Assembly: GCA_934277945.1 (NCBI GenBank)
Contig: CAKQWA010000005.1
Location: forward strand, 7,022-71,021
Source: an uncultured Alphaproteobacteria bacterium
Lineage (GTDB): Bacteria; Pseudomonadota; Alphaproteobacteria; CAAGCB01; CAG-977
DNA: 64,000 nucleotides
Reading direction: 5' to 3'
The notes under the pieces are model-generated. The model searched no databases. It was given only the letters and a program-made list of their open reading frames with translations, and was not told the origin of the DNA. Numbering within the stretch: position 1 is the stretch's first letter; each line of letters opens with the position of its first letter. Below are positions 53,424 through 63,110 of this stretch, in pieces. A program made the position numbers and the translations under genes.

Positions 53424-54614
53424 TTACGCCGCTTTCGGTTCGTCCTGCGTCAAAAAGCGTTTTTCCGTCGCGTCGATGCCGATCGCCCCCAGCGGCGCGG
53501 TAATCAGAATCGCAAGCACGGCAATCGTCAAAATCTGCATCCCCGCCGGCAGTCCCGCCGCCAAAGGCATTGCGCCCAAAACCGCCTGCACCGTCGCTTT
53601 CGGCGTGTACGCAATCATGCAGAACGCGGTTTCTTTCAGGTTCAGTTTGGTTTTAATCATGCACACGCCGACGCCTGCCATGCGGAACACCAAAGCCCCG
53701 ACAATCAGCACCGCCGCCGCGACGCCCGCGTGCATGGCGTAGCGCACGTCAACCATCGCGCCGATCAGCACGAACAGGAAAACCTCCGCGCCGACCCACA
53801 ATTTGCTGAATTTGGACGACAGACGCAATGCCAGACTTTCCTTGCGCTTATAAATGGTCGAGCCGAGCGCCATAATCGCCAGCAGTCCGGACATCGACAC
53901 ATACGGCTTCAAGTCTTCTTCCAATTCCAAGAACAGAAACGAAAAGCCCAGCAAAATCAGCACTTTTGTCGTGTCGCGCATATGCACGCGCTTGAAAAAC
54001 GCCGCCAGCACACAGCCGACAAGAACGCCCAAAACAAGCCCCAGCGCTATCGCTTCGGGAATTTTCAAAAATTCCATGCCGGACACCTGCCCGCCCCGCG
54101 CCAGCGTCAGCAATGACGTGAAAATGACAATCACGAACACGTCGTCGGCGGAAGAACCGACCAGAATCATCTGCGGAATCCCCTTTGCCGTGCCTCTGTG
54201 TTCGTCCATCAACTTGACCATGCGCGGCACGACGACGGCGGGCGACACCGCGCCCAAAATCGCGCCGACAATGGCGGAATCAAGCAGGGAAAGACCGATC
54301 ATGCGTCCGAAAACAATCGCGCCCGCAATTTCAAACAGCGCGGGAACGCAACACATCATGACGGCGGGACGCCCCACCTGTTTCAGCGAAGACAAATCCA
54401 GCGACAGCCCCGCGCGCATCAGGATAATGACCAAAGCCAGTTCGCGCAAATCGTTCGAAATGCTTAAAATTTTCGGGTCAAGCAAATTCAGGGCGTGCGG
54501 TCCCAGAACAATCCCCGTCAGAAGCATTCCCAAAAGCGCGGGCATTTTCAATTTGTTGAACAGCGCGCCCAGCGTCAGCCCGAACAGAAAAATAATCGCC
54601 AAACTTGTCAGCAT
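53424..54614 (-). CDS. monovalent cation:proton antiporter (Na+/H+ exchanger family)
   Basis: 396 aa and polytopic. MLTSLAIIFLFGLTLGALFNKLKMPALLGMLLTGIVLGP is a typical CPA N-terminus. Confidence 0.85.
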   Translation of the reverse strand: MLTSLAIIFLFGLTLGALFNKLKMPALLGMLLTGIVLGPHALNLLDPKILSISNDLRELALVIILMRAGLSLDLSSLKQVGRPAVMMCCVPALFEIAGAIVFGRMIGLSLLDSAIVGAILGAVSPAVVVPRMVKLMDEHRGTAKGIPQMILVGSSADDVFVIVIFTSLLTLARGGQVSGMEFLKIPEAIALGLVLGVLVGCVLAAFFKRVHMRDTTKVLILLGFSFLFLELEEDLKPYVSMSGLLAIMALGSTIYKRKESLALRLSSKFSKLWVGAEVFLFVLIGAMVDVRYAMHAGVAAAVLIVGALVFRMAGVGVCMIKTKLNLKETAFCMIAYTPKATVQAVLGAMPLAAGLPAGMQILTIAVLAILITAPLGAIGIDATEKRFLTQDEPKAA

Positions 54615-54680
54615 GACAAGACCTCCATTAAAAAAATCAGCGTCTGATATAGGCTTTTTTCAGGGAAAAGACAAGGCTTT

Positions 54681-55421
54681 TTATTGCGGCGTTTTGCGCG
54701 CCGTCAGCAGATATTCGACATTGCCCTGCGCGCCTTTGATGGGGCTTTCAAACACGCCCGACGCACGCCATCCCTTTTGCCCGTTAATCCACAATTTCAT
54801 GTCTTCGCAAATCCGCGCGCGCAAAGCCTCGTCGCGCACGATGCCGCCCTCGCCCACAAGATGCTTCGGCGCTTCAAACTGTGGCTTGATCAGCGCGACC
54901 AGAAAAGCCGTTTCCTTGGCGAAAGTCAGCGGTTTTTCAAGCACGGTCTGCAAATGGATGAAACTCGCGTCGCACACGATGAAATCGACGGGTTCGGGAA
55001 TTTCGCTTTCCGTCAGATTGCGCGCGTTCGTGCGTTCCAAAACGACGACGCGGGAATCCGTGCGCAATTTTTCCGCCAACTGCCCGTATCCGACGTCGAC
55101 GGCGTACACTTTCTTCGCCCCGCGCAACAGCAAAACTTCGGTAAAGCCGCCCGTTGAGCATCCGACGTCCATGCACACGCATCCCGCCGGATCGAATCCC
55201 GCTTCGTCCAAGCCTTTGACCAGTTTCAGCGCGCCGCGCGACACATACGGGTGTTCTTTCGTTTTGACGCTTAATTGCGCGTCGGGTTTGAGCATTTCGC
55301 CCGCCTTGTCGACGCGTCGCGTGCCGGACAGCACCGCGCCCGCCATAATCAAGGCTTGCGCCTCTTTGACGGACTCGACAAGCCCTTTGTCCACAAGCAG
55401 TTGATCGGCGCGTTTTTTCAT
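54681..55421 (-). CDS. tlyA: TlyA-family rRNA 2'-O-methyltransferase
   Basis: Start taken at MKKRADQLLVDKGL (S4 domain), overlapping the dxs stop as ATGA. SAM motif is VCMDVGCSTGGFTEVLL. Confidence 0.85.
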   Translation of the reverse strand: MKKRADQLLVDKGLVESVKEAQALIMAGAVLSGTRRVDKAGEMLKPDAQLSVKTKEHPYVSRGALKLVKGLDEAGFDPAGCVCMDVGCSTGGFTEVLLLRGAKKVYAVDVGYGQLAEKLRTDSRVVVLERTNARNLTESEIPEPVDFIVCDASFIHLQTVLEKPLTFAKETAFLVALIKPQFEAPKHLVGEGGIVRDEALRARICEDMKLWINGQKGWRASGVFESPIKGAQGNVEYLLTARKTPQ

Positions 55422-57355
55422 TTCGATTTGACCGTTTCGGCGACCGTGCGCGCAATGGACGCGGCGTCCAGCCCCGCTTTGACGTATTGCCGCTCGACGC
55501 TCGCCTGTTCGATAAAGCAGTCGGGCATCCCCAAAAAGCGCACTTTCGTTTTTTCCAGCAAGCCGTGATTGGCAAGCCAAATCATCACTTGCGTGCCGAA
55601 TCCGCCGCGCACGCCGTCTTCGACGACAATCAGCGCCTGATGCCCCAAAGCCAGTTCTTTCAGCAGTTCGGTGTCGAACGGCTTGGCGAAGCGGGCGTCG
55701 GCGACGGTGGCGGAAATTCCCTCCAAAGCAAGCAAATCCGCCGCATCCAAGCAATGTTTCAGCATCGGACCAAGCGCAAGCATCGCCACGGTGTTGCCCT
55801 CTTTGACAATGCGCCCCCTGCCGATTTCAAGCGGCGTCAAATCGTCCGGCACGTCGAACAATTCCCCCGCCCCGCGCGGATAGCGCACCGCGCTCGGCGC
55901 TTCGTCGAACGCCTGCATCGTCGCAAGCATCCGGCGCAGTTCCGACTGGTCGGACGGCGCCATGACGACCATGTTCGGAATCGGGCAAAGGAATGACAAA
56001 TCGAACATTCCGTGATGCGTCGCCCCGTCTTCTCCGACAAAACCCGCGCGGTCGATTGCAAAGCGCACCGGCAGATTCTGCAACGCGACGTCATGCACGA
56101 TCTGGTCGTACGCGCGCTGTAAAAAACTGGAATAAATGGCGACGAACGGCTTTAAATTCTCGCAAGCCATGCCCGCCGCGAACGTCACCGCGTGCTGTTC
56201 CGCAATGCCGACGTCGAAAAAACGGTCGGGATAGCGTTCCGCGAATCCCTGCAAGCCGACGCCCGTGGGCATCGCCGCCGTCACCGCCGTGATTTTTTCG
56301 TCCCGCGCCGCCAAATCGACAATCGTGTCGGAGAAAACTTCGGTGTACGTCGGGCGCGACGTTTTTTTCAACTCGAATTCGCCCGTTTTCACGTCGAATC
56401 CGGATACGCCGTGATATTGCGACGGCGCGTCCTCGGCGGGTTTGTAGCCCTTGCCCTTGCGCGTGATGACGTGAATCAGAATCGGGCAGTTTTCCTTTGT
56501 GTCCCGCACGTTGCGCAAGACGGGAAGCAGACTGTCGAAATTGTGTCCGTCCACCAGACCGATGTAGTACCAGCCCAATTCTTCAAACAGCGTGCTTTCG
56601 TTCATGACGACGCCTTTGGCGTGCCGTTCGACGTTCAAAGCCGTCGTTTTGACGAAATCGGGAAAGCGCGACGCCATGTCCAAAGCCAGTTGGCGCAGGG
56701 ACATATAAGGCTTGGAGGACGCCAACTGCGACAGATAGTGACTGACGCTGCCGACGGGCGACGCGATCGACATATCGTTATCGTTCAAAATGACGATTTG
56801 GCGGGTGCGCAAATCGCCGCCGTGATTCAGCCCCTCGAAAGCCATGCCCGCGCTCATCGACCCGTCGCCGATGACGCTGATGACGGCGTTTTTGCGCTTG
56901 TTCAAATCGCGTCCGACGGCAAGACCGACGCCGGCGGAAACCGATGTCGAACTGTGCCCCGCGCCGAACGGGTCGCAATCGCTTTCCGTGCGCTTTGTAA
57001 AGCCGGAAAGCCCGCCCTCCTGCCGCAAAGTCGCGAAACGCTCGAACCGCCCCGTCAGCATTTTGTGGGCGTAGCATTGATGTCCGACGTCCCAAATGAT
57101 TTTGTCGTCGGGCGTATTGAAAACGTAATGCAAAGCGATCGCCAGTTCGACGACGCCCAAAGACGCGCCCAGATGCCCGCCCGTTTTGGACACGACGCTG
57201 ATGATTTCCTGCCGGATTTGCCGCGCCAGTTCGGGCAAATCGGATTCTTTGAGCGCGCGCACGTCCGCCGGACTTTTGATGTTTTTCAGCAAAGAACGGT
57301 CGCCGGACGGCATTGTGACGTAATCGTCCGCCCGCGCTTTCTTTAATTTTTTCAT
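55418..57355 (-). CDS. dxs: 1-deoxy-D-xylulose-5-phosphate synthase
   Basis: GGHLGASLGVVEL, IWDVGHQCYAHKMLTGR and GDGSMSAGMAFEGLN (ThDP motif). 645 aa. Confidence 0.95.
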   Translation of the reverse strand: MKKLKKARADDYVTMPSGDRSLLKNIKSPADVRALKESDLPELARQIRQEIISVVSKTGGHLGASLGVVELAIALHYVFNTPDDKIIWDVGHQCYAHKMLTGRFERFATLRQEGGLSGFTKRTESDCDPFGAGHSSTSVSAGVGLAVGRDLNKRKNAVISVIGDGSMSAGMAFEGLNHGGDLRTRQIVILNDNDMSIASPVGSVSHYLSQLASSKPYMSLRQLALDMASRFPDFVKTTALNVERHAKGVVMNESTLFEELGWYYIGLVDGHNFDSLLPVLRNVRDTKENCPILIHVITRKGKGYKPAEDAPSQYHGVSGFDVKTGEFELKKTSRPTYTEVFSDTIVDLAARDEKITAVTAAMPTGVGLQGFAERYPDRFFDVGIAEQHAVTFAAGMACENLKPFVAIYSSFLQRAYDQIVHDVALQNLPVRFAIDRAGFVGEDGATHHGMFDLSFLCPIPNMVVMAPSDQSELRRMLATMQAFDEAPSAVRYPRGAGELFDVPDDLTPLEIGRGRIVKEGNTVAMLALGPMLKHCLDAADLLALEGISATVADARFAKPFDTELLKELALGHQALIVVEDGVRGGFGTQVMIWLANHGLLEKTKVRFLGMPDCFIEQASVERQYVKAGLDAASIARTVAETVKSK

Positions 57356-58251
57356 GAACGTCTTTCTACGATGTAGCGCGCCAGCGTGCGCAGATAATCG
57401 GCTTTTTCGTCAAAACATTCCAAAGACGCGATCGCCTGATACGACAGCATATCCGCCTGTTTTTTCGCTTCGTCCAAGCCCAAGACGGAAATGAACGTCG
57501 CCTTGTGCGCGTCCAAATCCTTGCGCACCGCCTTGCCCATTTCCTCCTGCGTGCCTTCCGCGTCCAAAATGTCGTCGGCAATTTGAAACGCCAAGCCGAT
57601 GTCGCGGGCGTAGGATTTCATCACTTGCCGGTCTTCGTAGGACGCTTTGCCCATAATCGCGCCGGATTCGCACGCGAACGAGAACAACCGCCCCGTTTTC
57701 ATCTGCTGCAAGCGGATGATTTCGGGCATATCGGAGTCTTCTTCCTGCGTTTCCGCCAGAATGTCCAGCATCTGCCCGCCGATCATGCCCGCCGCGCCCG
57801 CCGCCATGGCGAGTTCGGCGCACAACTGGCAGCGGATAGCCGGTTCAAACAGCGTGTGTTCGCCCGCAATCACGCCGAAAGCGCGGGTCAGCAAAGCGTC
57901 GCCCGCCAAAATGGCGGTCGCTTCGTCGAATTGCTTATGGCACGTCGGTTTGCCGCGCCGCATATCGTCGTTGTCCATTGCGGGCAAATCGTCGTGAATC
58001 AGCGAATATGTGTGGAGCATTTCCAACGCGGCGGCGACGCGCAAAGCCTTTTGCTTTTCCACGCCGAACAACTGCGCCGACTGAAAAACCAAGAACGGAC
58101 GCAAGCGTTTGCCGCCCGCCAATGCGGAATAGCGCATGGCTTCGACGACGCGTTTTTCCGCCGTGTTCGGCACGGGCAGAAGCCTGTCGATTTCGGCATG
58201 AATTTCGGCGGCGGTTTCTTTAATGGCGTTCAGCAGGTTATTCATGAGCAT
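57352..58251 (-). CDS. ispA: farnesyl/geranyl diphosphate synthase
   Basis: LIHDDLPAMDNDDMRRG and FQIADDILD, the two Asp-rich motifs. Confidence 0.9.
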   Translation of the reverse strand: MLMNNLLNAIKETAAEIHAEIDRLLPVPNTAEKRVVEAMRYSALAGGKRLRPFLVFQSAQLFGVEKQKALRVAAALEMLHTYSLIHDDLPAMDNDDMRRGKPTCHKQFDEATAILAGDALLTRAFGVIAGEHTLFEPAIRCQLCAELAMAAGAAGMIGGQMLDILAETQEEDSDMPEIIRLQQMKTGRLFSFACESGAIMGKASYEDRQVMKSYARDIGLAFQIADDILDAEGTQEEMGKAVRKDLDAHKATFISVLGLDEAKKQADMLSYQAIASLECFDEKADYLRTLARYIVERRS

Positions 58252-58504
58252 TCTCCACAGCGACAGGTGACAATCCGGCGGCTTCCCCGTTCGGCGAAAC
58301 CGTAATGGCGTCGATTTTCAATCGGGCGGCGGCGAGTTTTTCCTCGCAATGACGGCGCAGGGCGGTGCCGCGCGCGTAAGCCGAAACGGCGTCGTCCAGT
58401 TTGACTTTTCCCGTTTCCAGCCCGCGCACGATGGTTTCCAGTTCGGACAAAGCGTCCTCAAAACTCATTTCGCGAATATCTTTGTTTTCCGCCGCGTCCG
58501 TCAT
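58238..58504 (-). CDS. xseB: exodeoxyribonuclease VII small subunit
   Basis: SFEDALSELETIVRGLETGKVKLDDAV. It is in the conserved xseB-ispA-dxs gene order. Confidence 0.85.
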   Translation of the reverse strand: MTDAAENKDIREMSFEDALSELETIVRGLETGKVKLDDAVSAYARGTALRRHCEEKLAAARLKIDAITVSPNGEAAGLSPVAVENAHE

Positions 58505-58569
58505 TAAAACCGCCTTTCTTCCATCTATGCTTTCAGTTAAGCACGATTACAACCGCAAGGTCAAATTTT

Positions 58570-60174
58570 TTAATCCGCCTTTTGCGCTTTTCCGGACAAT
58601 TTGCCGCTCAAAGCGTCGTCAATCAGCGCGATTGTTTCGTTCACGCCGAACAGCGCAATGAACGAGCCCATGCGGGGACCCGTCTTCTGTCCCAAAAGCG
58701 TTTCGTACATGGTCGAAAACCACGCTTTCAAATCCGCGTAGTCGTGACGTTTGCCGACTTCGTACACCGCCGTTTGAATTTCCTCGCCCGTCGCGGTCGC
58801 GTCGAACGTTTTGAGCGTGTCTTTCAAATCTTCCAAAGCCTCTTTTTCCTGCTTCGTCGGTTCGCGGTATTCCATGTGCGGCAGGACGAAATCGTAATAA
58901 TAGGCAATGGCGTAAGGCACCATTTTCGCCAGATTCGGACACGTTTCGGGAGTCGCGCCCTCGACGTAGCGTCCGATATAGCGCCACAAAACCGCCGCGT
59001 CGTCGGAATGGCATACGCTGACCAGATTCAGCAAAATGCTGAACGACAGCGCGGATTCCGCTTTCGGCGGCTTACCGTCATGGATGTGGAACACGGGGTT
59101 CGACAGTTTGTCCGCGTCCGACTGGCGCACGTACGCCGTCAGGAAATTCAAATAATCGTCAACCGTGCGGGGAATCACGTCGAAATACAGGCGTTTCGCG
59201 GTTTTCGGCTTTTGATACATGAACAGCGCGAGGGATTCCTGCGGCGCGTATTTCAGCCATTCCTCGACCGCCAAGCCGTTGCCTTTGGATTTGGAGATTT
59301 TTTCGCCCTTGTCGTCCAAAAACAGTTCGTAAATGAACGTGTGCGGGGCTTTGCCGCCCAGAATCGCGCAGATTTTGCTTGCCAGTTTAATGGAATCGGT
59401 CAAATCCTTGCCCGCCATTTCGTAATCAACGCCCAGAGCGTACCAGCGCATCGCCCAGTCCGCTTTCCATTGCAGTTTGCATTGTCCGCCCGTGACGGAA
59501 ATTTCCGTGCGCGTGCCGTCTTCGTCGTCGAACGTCACCGTGCCGTGTTCCGCGTCGGTCGAAATCAAAGGCACCTGCAAAACGCGTCCGGTTTTCGGGC
59601 TGATCGGCAGAATCGGCGAATATGTGGCGCGACGTTCTTCGCGCAGAGTCGGCAGCATCACGTCCAGAATTTCGTCGTAATGCGCCAAAACGTTCAAAAT
59701 CGCCTTGTCGAACAGACCGTTTTTGTAATAATCGGTCGCCGATTTGAATTCGTAATCGAATCCGAACGAATCCAAGAACGAGCGCAACAAATTATTATTG
59801 TGCGAACCGAAACTGAAATGGCATCCGAACGGGTCGGGAATCGACGTCAGGGATTTGTACAGATGCTGCGCGACCATTTCCTTTTCGGGAATGTTGTCGG
59901 GAATTTTGCGCAGTCCGTCCATATCGTCGGAAAAGCAGAACAGTTTTGTCGGAATGTCGGGATAAAGCAATTCAAACGCGCGGCGCACCATGGTCGTGCG
60001 CACGACTTCGCCGAACGTGCCGATGTGAGGCAGTCCCGACGGTCCGTACCCCGTTTCAAACAGGACGTATCCCTTTTCGGGGATTTTGCCGCCCAGTTTT
60101 TCGTTAAACAGGGCGCGCGCCTCTTGAAAGGGCCAAGCGTTCGAGGTCAGCGCGATTTCTCTTAAATCCGACAT
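58570..60174 (-). CDS. lysK: lysine--tRNA ligase, class I
   Basis: GYGPSGLPHIGTFGEV (HIGH-like) and KISKSKGNG (KMSKS). 534 aa. Confidence 0.9.
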   Translation of the reverse strand: MSDLREIALTSNAWPFQEARALFNEKLGGKIPEKGYVLFETGYGPSGLPHIGTFGEVVRTTMVRRAFELLYPDIPTKLFCFSDDMDGLRKIPDNIPEKEMVAQHLYKSLTSIPDPFGCHFSFGSHNNNLLRSFLDSFGFDYEFKSATDYYKNGLFDKAILNVLAHYDEILDVMLPTLREERRATYSPILPISPKTGRVLQVPLISTDAEHGTVTFDDEDGTRTEISVTGGQCKLQWKADWAMRWYALGVDYEMAGKDLTDSIKLASKICAILGGKAPHTFIYELFLDDKGEKISKSKGNGLAVEEWLKYAPQESLALFMYQKPKTAKRLYFDVIPRTVDDYLNFLTAYVRQSDADKLSNPVFHIHDGKPPKAESALSFSILLNLVSVCHSDDAAVLWRYIGRYVEGATPETCPNLAKMVPYAIAYYYDFVLPHMEYREPTKQEKEALEDLKDTLKTFDATATGEEIQTAVYEVGKRHDYADLKAWFSTMYETLLGQKTGPRMGSFIALFGVNETIALIDDALSGKLSGKAQKAD

Positions 60175-60281
60175 TTTTCAACTCCGTTGTCAAATCGGTC
60201 TTTGCTTGCAATCCGAAGACCGTGTATGTAAATTACGACTGTTATAAACAAAAATTCCGTTAAAGAAAAGAAGGATTTCAC

Positions 60282-63035
60282 TTGCCGTTTTCAAAACCTT
60301 GCTCTTTGGCAGCCGGATTAAAGTCTTTCGTGCTGATGACGCGCGACGGCGAAGTGTTTGATTCGGCGGATTCCAAACAGATTGCGGCGCAGGCGGGGTC
60401 GTCGCCCGTGCTGATTTGCAACCGCGCCTTGACGGAATCGAAAACCGGCGGAATCCTGCCCGCGCGCGCGTCGGACATCTTGGAATTGTTCGCTTTCGCC
60501 TGCCCCGCGGTCAAATGCACGCCGACGGCGAAAGACATCGCGGCATTTTTAAAATTGCCCGTCCCCGTCAATATGTACGAGGAAGCGCGCGTCTTATTTG
60601 ACATTGTAAAGAAACTGTTTCAGATTCTGGCGCAATTCGACGGAGAGGAACGCGCGGACGCGGCTTCTCTGGCGGCGACGATGCTCCGGTCGGGCAACTG
60701 GGGCTGGGGGGCGGACGTTCTGGCGGCTTTGGGACAGGACGTCAACCGTATGCGCCTGACCGGATTGTCGGGATTCGCCGTGTGGAACAAATTGTCCGAA
60801 TGGACGGATTCGCCGCCCGCCGAACCTGCGGGCACGCTTCCCGTCCTGCCCGACGAAGCGGAGGACAGATTAAAGGAAACGCTAAACCGCTCGATTGAAA
60901 ACGTGCGCAAAATCGTCCCCGAAGCCCGCCCCGAACAAGTCGAATACGCGCGCTTCGCCGCCGCCGCTTTCGACCCGAAAAACGAGCGCGGCAAACCCGT
61001 GTGCGTGTTAAGCGAAGCGGGAACGGGCGTCGGCAAAACGCTGGGATACCTGTCAAGCGTCGGCGTGTGGAGCGAAAAAAACGCGGGCGCGGTGTGGATC
61101 AGCACTTACACGCGCAACCTGCAACGCCAAATGGACGAAGAATTGTCCCGCCTGTTCGCGAACGAATCGCTGAAACGGCGGCGCACGGTCATCCGCAAGG
61201 GACGCGAAAACTACCTGTGCCTTTTAAATTACGCCGAAGCCGTCGGACGCATCCAGACGCGCCCCGCCTCCGCAATCGCTTTGGGGCTGATCGCCAGATG
61301 GATAACAAAGACGAAAGACGGCGACGTGAACGGCGGCGATTTTCCGTCGTGGCTGTCGCATATGCTGGGCGAACGCTCGGTTTCGGAATTGGCGGACAAG
61401 CGCGGCGAATGTATCTACGCGCAATGCCCGCATTTCAGAAAATGCTTCATTGAAAAAATCGCCAGACGCACCCGCACGGCGAAAATCGTCATCGCGAACC
61501 ACGCTTTCGTCATGACGCAACTGGCGGGCGCGGGCGACGAACAGACTTTGCCGAGCAGATTCGTTTTCGACGAAGCGCATCAGATTTTCAACGCGGCGGA
61601 CGGCATTTTCTGCGAACAGATCAGCGGCTTGTCGGGCGTGGAAATGCGCCGCCGCCTGCTTGGAACGAACGACACGAACAGCCGCATGAAAGGCTTGAAA
61701 CGCCGGCTGGAAGACATCGCGCTGGTATCGCCGGACGTAGCGTCGGCTTTGGAAGAAGTCCTGCAAGCCGCCGCATTTCTGCCCCGTTTCAGCGCGCAGA
61801 ACCGCCTGAAAAACGAAACACCGGAAAATTCCTTTGAAACGTTCCTGTGCGCCGTGCGCCGCCAAGTGTACGCCCGCAACGACGAACGCGAAAAATTGCA
61901 CTCGCTCGAATGTCCGCCCGCCCCCGCCCTGCCCGAAGTCGAACAAAGCGCCGCCGCGCTGAAAAAAGACGTGGATTCGCTGACAAAGGCTTTGATTTCC
62001 CTGCGTTTCGCGCTTGAAAAATACATGAACGATTTTGCGAAAGACATGAACGCGTACGAAAAACAGCGCGCGGACAACATCTTGCGCTCGATTGAAAAAA
62101 CGGCTCTGGACGTCATGGAAGTCTGGGGCGTGATGCTGAACCAGATTGTCAAAGGCGCGCCGTCCGATTTCGTCGATTGGTTTGAAGTCGGCAGAAACGA
62201 GGGAACGGAAATCGACACGGGCTATTATCGCCATTGGGTCGACCCGACATTTCCGTTCGCGCAAATGCTGGGCGGATGCGCGCAGGGCGTGCTGATGACT
62301 TCCGCGACGCTGACGGACAAAACGCCCGACGGCAACGATTGGGATTCCGCCATGAAGCGCACGGGCGCGGCTCTGCTCAACCCCGACGGGACGAAAACCG
62401 CCAGCATCAAATCCCCGTTCGATTACGAATCCAACGCGCGCGTTTTCATTTTGACGGACGTGAACAAAAACGACAACAAGCAGGTCGCCGCCGCCGCCAG
62501 AGAATTGTTTTTAGCGTCGAACGGCGGGGCTTTGGGCATTTTCACGGCGATTTCGCGCCTGAAAGCCGTCTACAAGGAAATTAAAAAGCCGCTCAACGAC
62601 GCGGGATTGCTTTTGCTGGCGCAGCACGTCGATTCGATGGATTTGACCACCCTGCTCGACATTTTCAAATCGGAGGAGGAATCGTGTCTTTTGGGCACGG
62701 ACGCGGTGCGCGACGGCATCGACGTCCCCGGAAAATCGTTGAGATTGCTTTTGTTCGACCGTATGCCGTGGGAACGCCCGACAATCGCGCACAAACGCCG
62801 CCGCGTTCAATTCGAGGAAAACGGCGGACGCGATTACAACATGATGCTCGCGCGCATGAAACTGGCGCAGGGCTTCGGACGGCTGATTCGCAAAAAAGAC
62901 GACCGCGGCGTGTTCGTCATGCTCGACAAAGCCGTCCCGTCGGAAGCGTTGAGCGCGTTTCCGCAGGGCACGCCCGTCGAAAAGGTCGGATTGCGGGAAG
63001 CGGTCGCGCAAATCAGGTCTTTTTTAAATCCTTAA
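60282..63035 (+). CDS. DinG/Rad3-family ATP-dependent DNA helicase
   Basis: Walker A SEAGTGVGKTLGYL and DEAH box FVFDEAHQ. 917 aa from TTG 60282. The start is uncertain; ATG 60336 is an alternative. Confidence 0.8.
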   Translation: MPFSKPCSLAAGLKSFVLMTRDGEVFDSADSKQIAAQAGSSPVLICNRALTESKTGGILPARASDILELFAFACPAVKCTPTAKDIAAFLKLPVPVNMYEEARVLFDIVKKLFQILAQFDGEERADAASLAATMLRSGNWGWGADVLAALGQDVNRMRLTGLSGFAVWNKLSEWTDSPPAEPAGTLPVLPDEAEDRLKETLNRSIENVRKIVPEARPEQVEYARFAAAAFDPKNERGKPVCVLSEAGTGVGKTLGYLSSVGVWSEKNAGAVWISTYTRNLQRQMDEELSRLFANESLKRRRTVIRKGRENYLCLLNYAEAVGRIQTRPASAIALGLIARWITKTKDGDVNGGDFPSWLSHMLGERSVSELADKRGECIYAQCPHFRKCFIEKIARRTRTAKIVIANHAFVMTQLAGAGDEQTLPSRFVFDEAHQIFNAADGIFCEQISGLSGVEMRRRLLGTNDTNSRMKGLKRRLEDIALVSPDVASALEEVLQAAAFLPRFSAQNRLKNETPENSFETFLCAVRRQVYARNDEREKLHSLECPPAPALPEVEQSAAALKKDVDSLTKALISLRFALEKYMNDFAKDMNAYEKQRADNILRSIEKTALDVMEVWGVMLNQIVKGAPSDFVDWFEVGRNEGTEIDTGYYRHWVDPTFPFAQMLGGCAQGVLMTSATLTDKTPDGNDWDSAMKRTGAALLNPDGTKTASIKSPFDYESNARVFILTDVNKNDNKQVAAAARELFLASNGGALGIFTAISRLKAVYKEIKKPLNDAGLLLLAQHVDSMDLTTLLDIFKSEEESCLLGTDAVRDGIDVPGKSLRLLLFDRMPWERPTIAHKRRRVQFEENGGRDYNMMLARMKLAQGFGRLIRKKDDRGVFVMLDKAVPSEALSAFPQGTPVEKVGLREAVAQIRSFLNP

Positions 63036-63110
63036 CAAAACATTTCTTTCATCTTGCGGCAAAAGCGTATATCCTTGATGCGTGACGAATTTTGACACAA
63101 GGAGTTTTGT

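Noticed and set aside
54681-55754. 357-aa version of the tlyA ORF, and similar long N-terminal extensions (13101-23435, 9464-9886, 35534-36091, 35962-36609, 49100-50236, 51320-52057)
   Set aside because: The upstream extensions overlap the preceding gene and are Arg-rich or otherwise atypical. Internal ATGs with RBSs or ATGA coupling give products of canonical length.
58582-60165. Long antisense ORFs opposite housekeeping and phage genes. Besides this one they are 49166-50146, 50301-51458, 53854-55404, 56192-57346, 57505-58305, 41659-42738, 61224-62264 and 63510-63986.
   Set aside because: Each lies opposite a gene with clear family motifs (lysK, trpS, GGGtGRT, antiporter/tlyA, dxs, ispA, exonuclease/recT, dinG, ankyrin). 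The translations are Arg-rich and low-complexity, and stop-free by codon bias only.
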